A stretch of 64,000 nt of DNA from a virus. Lineage: Duplodnaviria > Caudoviricetes. The notes beneath the pieces were generated by a model. The model was given only the letters and a program-made list of their open reading frames with translations, ran no database searches and had not been told where the DNA came from. Made by a program: the position numbers and the translations under genes. Where the stretch lies: positions 5,901 to 69,900 of the IMG/VR virus record IMGVR_UViG_2904899368_000001, one strand, 5' to 3'. Positions 59,327 through 64,000 of the stretch are shown in pieces. Numbering within the stretch: the first letter of the stretch is position 1; each line of letters begins with the position of its first letter.

Positions 59327-60472
59327 ATGGCAACAAAGCAACGAAAAATAGAAATCAACTACCGGCTGTTACAAACCAGTTGTAACATCGAGGTGGTGGG
59401 CAGCGTGCCGGACATGCAGGTCTACCAGGCTGACAAAGCTGAATACACTCCGGACTATACGCTGACACCGCTGGTCCTGTTTCCGCGGTGCAACGCCACC
59501 GATCCGGAAGCGGTGACTAAAATCGGGGCGGTCAACTCCAGGCTGACCAACATGAAGTGGTACGAGCGCATCGGAACCACACGCACACTTATCACATCGA
59601 CAAACACAGGCTACAGCATTACGGAGTCCGGTGACAGCAAGGGACAGATCACAATGAAAAAAAATGTCACCGTCCTAAAACCCGTCACGCTGGAGTTTTA
59701 CGCGGAATATGCCGACACACGTACCGGACAGCTGTTTACTTTTCAGATGAGCCGTCTTGTCCGCGCGGTTGACGGTACGGATGCGATCCCCGTATTGACG
59801 ATAGACAGCCCGTCCACGCTGGACTGGAACCCGGTGCGTGACATCACCGCACAGACCATCACGGCTAAACTGATGGTAGGCGACACGGACGTGACGGCTA
59901 CGGGCAAATGCAAGTTCTTCTGGTACCGTCTGTTGTCTACGGGAGCGCTGGAGGCGATAACCACAGGAGCGGGTGACAACGACTGGGAGTTTGTATCACT
60001 GAACAAGAATGTATATAAGATTGACCGCAATTATATAGGTGATGACATCACGATTGTCTGCAAAGCCACCTATGCGGCTTCCGGGACTCCGGCATCAACC
60101 CCGGGCACATCGGACCCGGCAGTCTCTACGGTGATACGCCGCAGGATTCCGAAGATTGAAGCCGACTGGGAGGGCGTACCTACGGGTGTTCCGGATGGGA
60201 CTTACGCCATCTTTCCCAGACCCGTCATTCGGGATACCATGGGGGTTATCCCGAATCCATCCGCCATGTTTAACTGCCACTGGTACGTCAAGAAGAGCGG
60301 AGATGCCGGATATGCCAAGGTTGCCGACGGATACTCTCCCAGGATACCTTTCAGCAACGACATGATGTTAAAGCTGGAGGTGGAGGACAGAGGCCCTTAC
60401 GTGGCGCTGACACAAGGCGGCAAGGTGCTCACACAGGGGGGCAAGGCGGTAGTAGTAAGAAAATTTGGATAA
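59327..60472 (+). CDS. tail structural protein
   Basis: YTPDYTLTPL; beta-rich. Confidence 0.55.
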   Translation: MATKQRKIEINYRLLQTSCNIEVVGSVPDMQVYQADKAEYTPDYTLTPLVLFPRCNATDPEAVTKIGAVNSRLTNMKWYERIGTTRTLITSTNTGYSITESGDSKGQITMKKNVTVLKPVTLEFYAEYADTRTGQLFTFQMSRLVRAVDGTDAIPVLTIDSPSTLDWNPVRDITAQTITAKLMVGDTDVTATGKCKFFWYRLLSTGALEAITTGAGDNDWEFVSLNKNVYKIDRNYIGDDITIVCKATYAASGTPASTPGTSDPAVSTVIRRRIPKIEADWEGVPTGVPDGTYAIFPRPVIRDTMGVIPNPSAMFNCHWYVKKSGDAGYAKVADGYSPRIPFSNDMMLKLEVEDRGPYVALTQGGKVLTQGGKAVVVRKFG

Positions 60473-60491
60473 CATTAAAAACAATAGAATT

Positions 60492-60803
60492 ATGGCATTT
60501 TACATTAAAGTAACGAAGGAGGTTGCCGACCGGTTGCATCTGACCGATATCCGCAACAGGACAGCGGATGGCAATGTATTATTGTGGCAGGCGGACGTGG
60601 CACGTTTCCCCGGCGACACGGTATTTGACAGGGCCAAGGAAGCGGGCGGCATCTGCCTGACCCCGCAGGCGGCGAAAGAAGAGATAGACGGTACGGACCA
60701 TCCCGTCGAAGTATTCACACCTGCCTCTTGGGGGGAGGACAACACCGAAAGCTCCGAAGGCACGGATAGTACGGAAACGACCGGGGAAGGAGGAGCGTCA
60801 TGA
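60492..60803 (+). CDS. hypothetical tail-region protein
   Basis: coupled ORF. Confidence 0.55.
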   Translation: MAFYIKVTKEVADRLHLTDIRNRTADGNVLLWQADVARFPGDTVFDRAKEAGGICLTPQAAKEEIDGTDHPVEVFTPASWGEDNTESSEGTDSTETTGEGGAS

Positions 60804-61846
60804 GTTTGGCCAGCGCGACCGGACAGGTCATATTTTCGCAAAAGGCGGCGTATACATGCCTGCCATCCAGTGTAACCAGGGAGATCTGTATCAGGAGTAT
60901 ATGGGCGAAGCGTCCGCGCCGACGAACATCGCACCGGATTTCGCTTCGCTCAAGCCCGTCTTGTCCTTCATTCTCACCTCTTCGCGGGTGGCGGAAGGGC
61001 TGGTGGTTCCTTCCTCCATGAATGGTATTTCAATGATGTCGAGATCAAGTTCTCGGGCAATGTCTCCACCAACACGTTTGGCGGTGAGACGGGACATTTC
61101 AAGTTTATCCCTTACCAGCCCGGTACGACGGATTACTACGGATTGCAGATCGTCAAGAATCTGGTCAAGGCGAGCGGAGCGGCCTCTTGTACCATCAAGG
61201 GTGAAGCCACCGTGACCGTTGGGAATACCAGCGACACCGTCCAGTTCGTCTATAGCATCCCCATCACCAAGGGGGTCGGAAACCAAAAGCATGTGACGAT
61301 CATTGCCGGTGACAACAAGTATTTTACCTTCGGGACAAAGGGCAGAGCTGCATTCTGAAAGCCGTAGCGCGCATGGGCAGTGACGAGATCACTACCGGAC
61401 TGGCGTACAAGTGGTACAACCAGGTCAACGGTGCGTGGAACGTGCTGAACGGAAAGACCACACAGACATTGACCGTCACCAACGATATGGTTGACACGAC
61501 AGGTGTGTTCAGAGTGGAGGTGTACCAGGGCGGCAAGCTCATCGGTCAGGACACGCAGTCCGTAATGGATGCGTCCGATCCGTTTGATTTGATCCTGAAT
61601 CCCACGCCCGAGGACGAGACCATCCGGGAAAGTGGTGACACGGTGGTCTATAAGCCCATTCTGGTCAAGCGTGGAAGTACCACCAAGTACAAGGACATGA
61701 CTTTCTATTTCGTGTTCATGGACAGTGCAGGAGTAGTCCTTAACCCGTCTACTTCCGGTACAGCAGCCACTTCCGGCACGTGTACTTGGGACATGTGCCA
61801 GCAGGCAGGAGGCAACGTGGCATGGACCATCACAACCAAGGAATAA
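60800..61846 (+). CDS. Ig-like tail protein (frameshifts near 60843, 61020, 61330)
   Basis: three ORF fragments join on single-base restorations; YKWYNQVNGAW, TLTVTNDMVD. Confidence 0.55.
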
Positions 61847-61855
61847 GGAGGTGAT

Positions 61856-62853
61856 ATGCCGTTGGTGACTAGAACCGGACAGGTCAGTTTTGCTCCAAAA
61901 GGTGACAAGGGAGATAAGGGAGCGCGCATGCGTATGCGTGTATGGGGGGCGTCTGTGTCTTACCTGGAGGGCAAGCAAGGACAGCAGTTTTACGACATTG
62001 TACTTTATGACAACCTGCTGTACCTGTGCATCCGTTCGCATACGTCGGTTTCGACGGAACCCCCCAAACAGAATGTGGCTTCGGGAAAAATAAAATACTG
62101 GGAAGTAGCACAGAGCTGGACTTTTATCGCCACCAAGCTGTTGTTGACCGAGAAGATCAAGGCGTCCATGATTGATGCGGACGGTATCAGGGCGGTCAAT
62201 GTGGACATCAGCGGAAAAATCACGGCGGATGAAGGAAACATAGGAGGTTTCGCCATAGATTCCGCAAGTCTGGAGGCTACCTCTGGCTTCGACTCCATGC
62301 TCCTTACAGCTGGGCTGATAAGGTTCATGGGGGAATATTCAAAGGTATTCATCGGAGCCGAAACGATGCCATCGTCTAACGGAGGGTCGTTCTCCACCCC
62401 TGTGCGCATTGAGGTGAACAGGAACATCAACTCGACGCTTTACGGCAACGCTGGATTGTTTGTATCCGTAGAGGCTCGCACGCTTATGATGACGACCGCC
62501 TCCAGTTTACAGGAAACCACGCTCTTTATATTCCTAAAGGGGATGTATGCGGCTTTAGGCTGAGATTACGCAGAATAAATGCCAATGCGACACTGACGGA
62601 GATGGACAGTGTCGTGCTGGCCATTAAAGCCGGTATTACACTCAGGCTGCCGACCACTGCGGAGGACGGGCAGTTCTATTGGATCAGGAACACGTCAAAC
62701 GGCAATGTGTACGTAGTCGGAACAAATCTGGTAGGCTGGGAATCAGGAGAGCTGAGCACTTCGATGTACTTGATGCCATCAAGTGCTACAGCAATATATT
62801 ATGACAAGTATAATAACAGATGGTTCATGAACTGGATTGGTTTTTGGACTTAA
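61856..62853 (+). CDS. tail fibre/spike-like protein (frameshift near 62477)
   Basis: KGDKGDKG, GKITADEGNIGGFAI, ITLRLPTTAEDGQFYWIRN. Confidence 0.55.
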
Positions 62854-62866
62854 AATTATAATGATT

Positions 62867-63148
62867 ATGAAAGTTGATTTTACAAAATTTCCCCTGTTCA
62901 CGGGGATAGACAGACAGGATATGGTGATAGCGGATATCCGTAAGGATATTGCTGACGGCATTTACAGGAACGTGCCCGGTCTTCCGGCGCACGTGCTTGC
63001 GGAGAAGATCTATCGGAACGAGCTTGTGGAGCTTGCCGATGACGAGATTCATATACTTGACCTCTACACTTCCGCTTCGGTGGGGCAGCTTGCCGACTCA
63101 TGGCAGGATTATAAGAAAAACAATTTGGAAACTGAAACTGGTAAATAA
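62867..63148 (+). CDS. hypothetical tail-region protein
   Basis: 93-aa ORF. Confidence 0.55.
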   Translation: MKVDFTKFPLFTGIDRQDMVIADIRKDIADGIYRNVPGLPAHVLAEKIYRNELVELADDEIHILDLYTSASVGQLADSWQDYKKNNLETETGK

Positions 63149-63156
63149 AAAATATT

Positions 63157-63483
63157 ATGGAAAAGATGGAATTAAGTGAGGCGTTGAAAGCCAATGCCTC
63201 AGTACTGGAAGGACTATTAGGGATAAATGATACATGGTACAAAAGGAGATTTGGTGAAATTACTGATTTTAATGAAGCTAATAATACTGGATATATGTTT
63301 GTCGATAAAACCCAATCATTGGATAATAAACCCAATACATCAAGTAATTATGGATTCTTGGAAACGATTGCTATTAATGAGGTCACCATCAAGCAAACTT
63401 TTGTAGATTTTCAGAGCAGATTTTTTATTCGAATATGTAATAATGGAACTTGGACTGATTGGAAACAAATACAAACAACATAG
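63157..63483 (+). CDS. tail-tip/receptor-binding-like protein (pyocin-knob-like C-terminus), expressed shufflon cassette
   Basis: DFNEANNTGY..NKP..YGFL..KQTF..FIRICNNGTWTDWKQI. Confidence 0.55.
   Translation: MEKMELSEALKANASVLEGLLGINDTWYKRRFGEITDFNEANNTGYMFVDKTQSLDNKPNTSSNYGFLETIAINEVTIKQTFVDFQSRFFIRICNNGTWTDWKQIQTT
63202..63216 (+). repeat. candidate shufflon crossover site 1
   Basis: GTACTGGAAGGACTA; inverted 13/15 match to 63977-63991. Confidence 0.55.
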
Positions 63484-63517
63484 TATTAAAAATAAGTCAT
63501 ATTTTAATGAGATAAAA

Positions 63518-63545
63518 CGGATGGGTGCCGGTCCACACCCGTCCG
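63518..63545. terminator. hairpin between convergent cassettes
   Basis: CGGATGGGTG / CACCCGTCCG. Confidence 0.6.
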
Positions 63546-63565
63546 CTCCTCATGTTACCAAAGAA

Positions 63566-63991
63566 TTATAGTATTTCTATATCTTCAGCATCATCCAGAT
63601 TCTCATCAACTATATTCATGGATAAAGACAGGTCAACCCCAGTAGTATCCAAAAACAAAGCACTTACACGAAATGAAGCTGTGTTTGTCTTACTCCGAAC
63701 GAAGAGATGATCATTTTTTCGTTTGAACTCTATTTCAGAAATCATACTACCGTTGACTTTCCTTATGATATAGGAGTTACCAGTCTTACTATTAATAAAG
63801 AACAGACCTGTAGAACCACCCCAATATACATACAATATCATACCGATATAGGCGTTAGATGAACTCGCTAGGCGAACAACACATACTTCTTGAACGGAGT
63901 CTTTATTGCAAACCAATATAGGAGAAAGAACGCCTTTTCTCAAGAGCCCTTTACTTCCTAAATTGGCAATCGGCATTAGTTCTTCCAGAAC
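63566..63991 (-). CDS. inverted alternative C-terminal cassette
   Basis: begins VLEEL in the same frame relation to the repeat as VLEGL in 63157..63483. Confidence 0.55.
   Translation of the reverse strand, partial: VLEELMPIANLGSKGLLRKGVLSPILVCNKDSVQEVCVVRLASSSNAYIGMILYVYWGGSTGLFFINSKTGNSYIIRKVNGSMISEIEFKRKNDHLFVRSKTNTASFRVSALFLDTTGVDLSLSMNIVDENLDDAEDIEIL
63977..63991 (-). repeat. candidate shufflon crossover site 2
   Basis: minus-strand GTTCTGGAAGAACTA. Confidence 0.55.
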
Positions 63992-64000
63992 CAACCCCAT

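Noticed and set aside
56442-64000. Diversity-generating retroelement targeting tail genes
   Set aside because: No reverse transcriptase and no TR/VR pair with adenine-specific mismatches was seen in the window.
1-64000. Prophage boundaries (attL/attR, integrase)
   Set aside because: Host-like genes are flanked by phage genes on both sides, and no integrase or terminal repeat was seen, so prophage versus free phage cannot be decided.

Overview
The window is a 64-kb internal stretch of a tailed (siphovirus-type) Bacteroidales phage or prophage, almost all on the + strand. Gene order: recombination/replication genes (YqaJ exonuclease, DUF1351, DUF6291 initiator, ATPase loader, SNF2-helicase/DNA-methylase fusion); two embedded blocks of host-like or mobile DNA (~12.97-17.14 kb esterase mosaic; ~17.99-19.99 kb IS605-like end, HigBA, M48 peptidase); an early region of small genes; tRNA-Phe plus two oversized tRNA-like RNAs; a five-gene GNAT-ParB-ATP-grasp-TAGT/GREB1 glycosyltransferase-PLP decarboxylase operon just before the terminase; packaging and head genes, including a MuF protein with an intein and a C-terminal ADP-ribosyltransferase; a moron block (ABC-ATPase + TOPRIM pair, YoeB remnant, acyltransferase-3); capsid, tail, tape measure and tail fibre genes; and the start of a probable invertible tail-tip shufflon. 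No integrase, lysis genes, att sites, CRISPR array or reverse transcriptase were recognised. Many single-base indels in short homopolymers break even essential genes (terminase start, portal, MuF, major capsid). These most likely reflect long-read consensus errors, so frameshifted genes are reported as single genes. All family assignments come from motif recognition by eye, not database searches.
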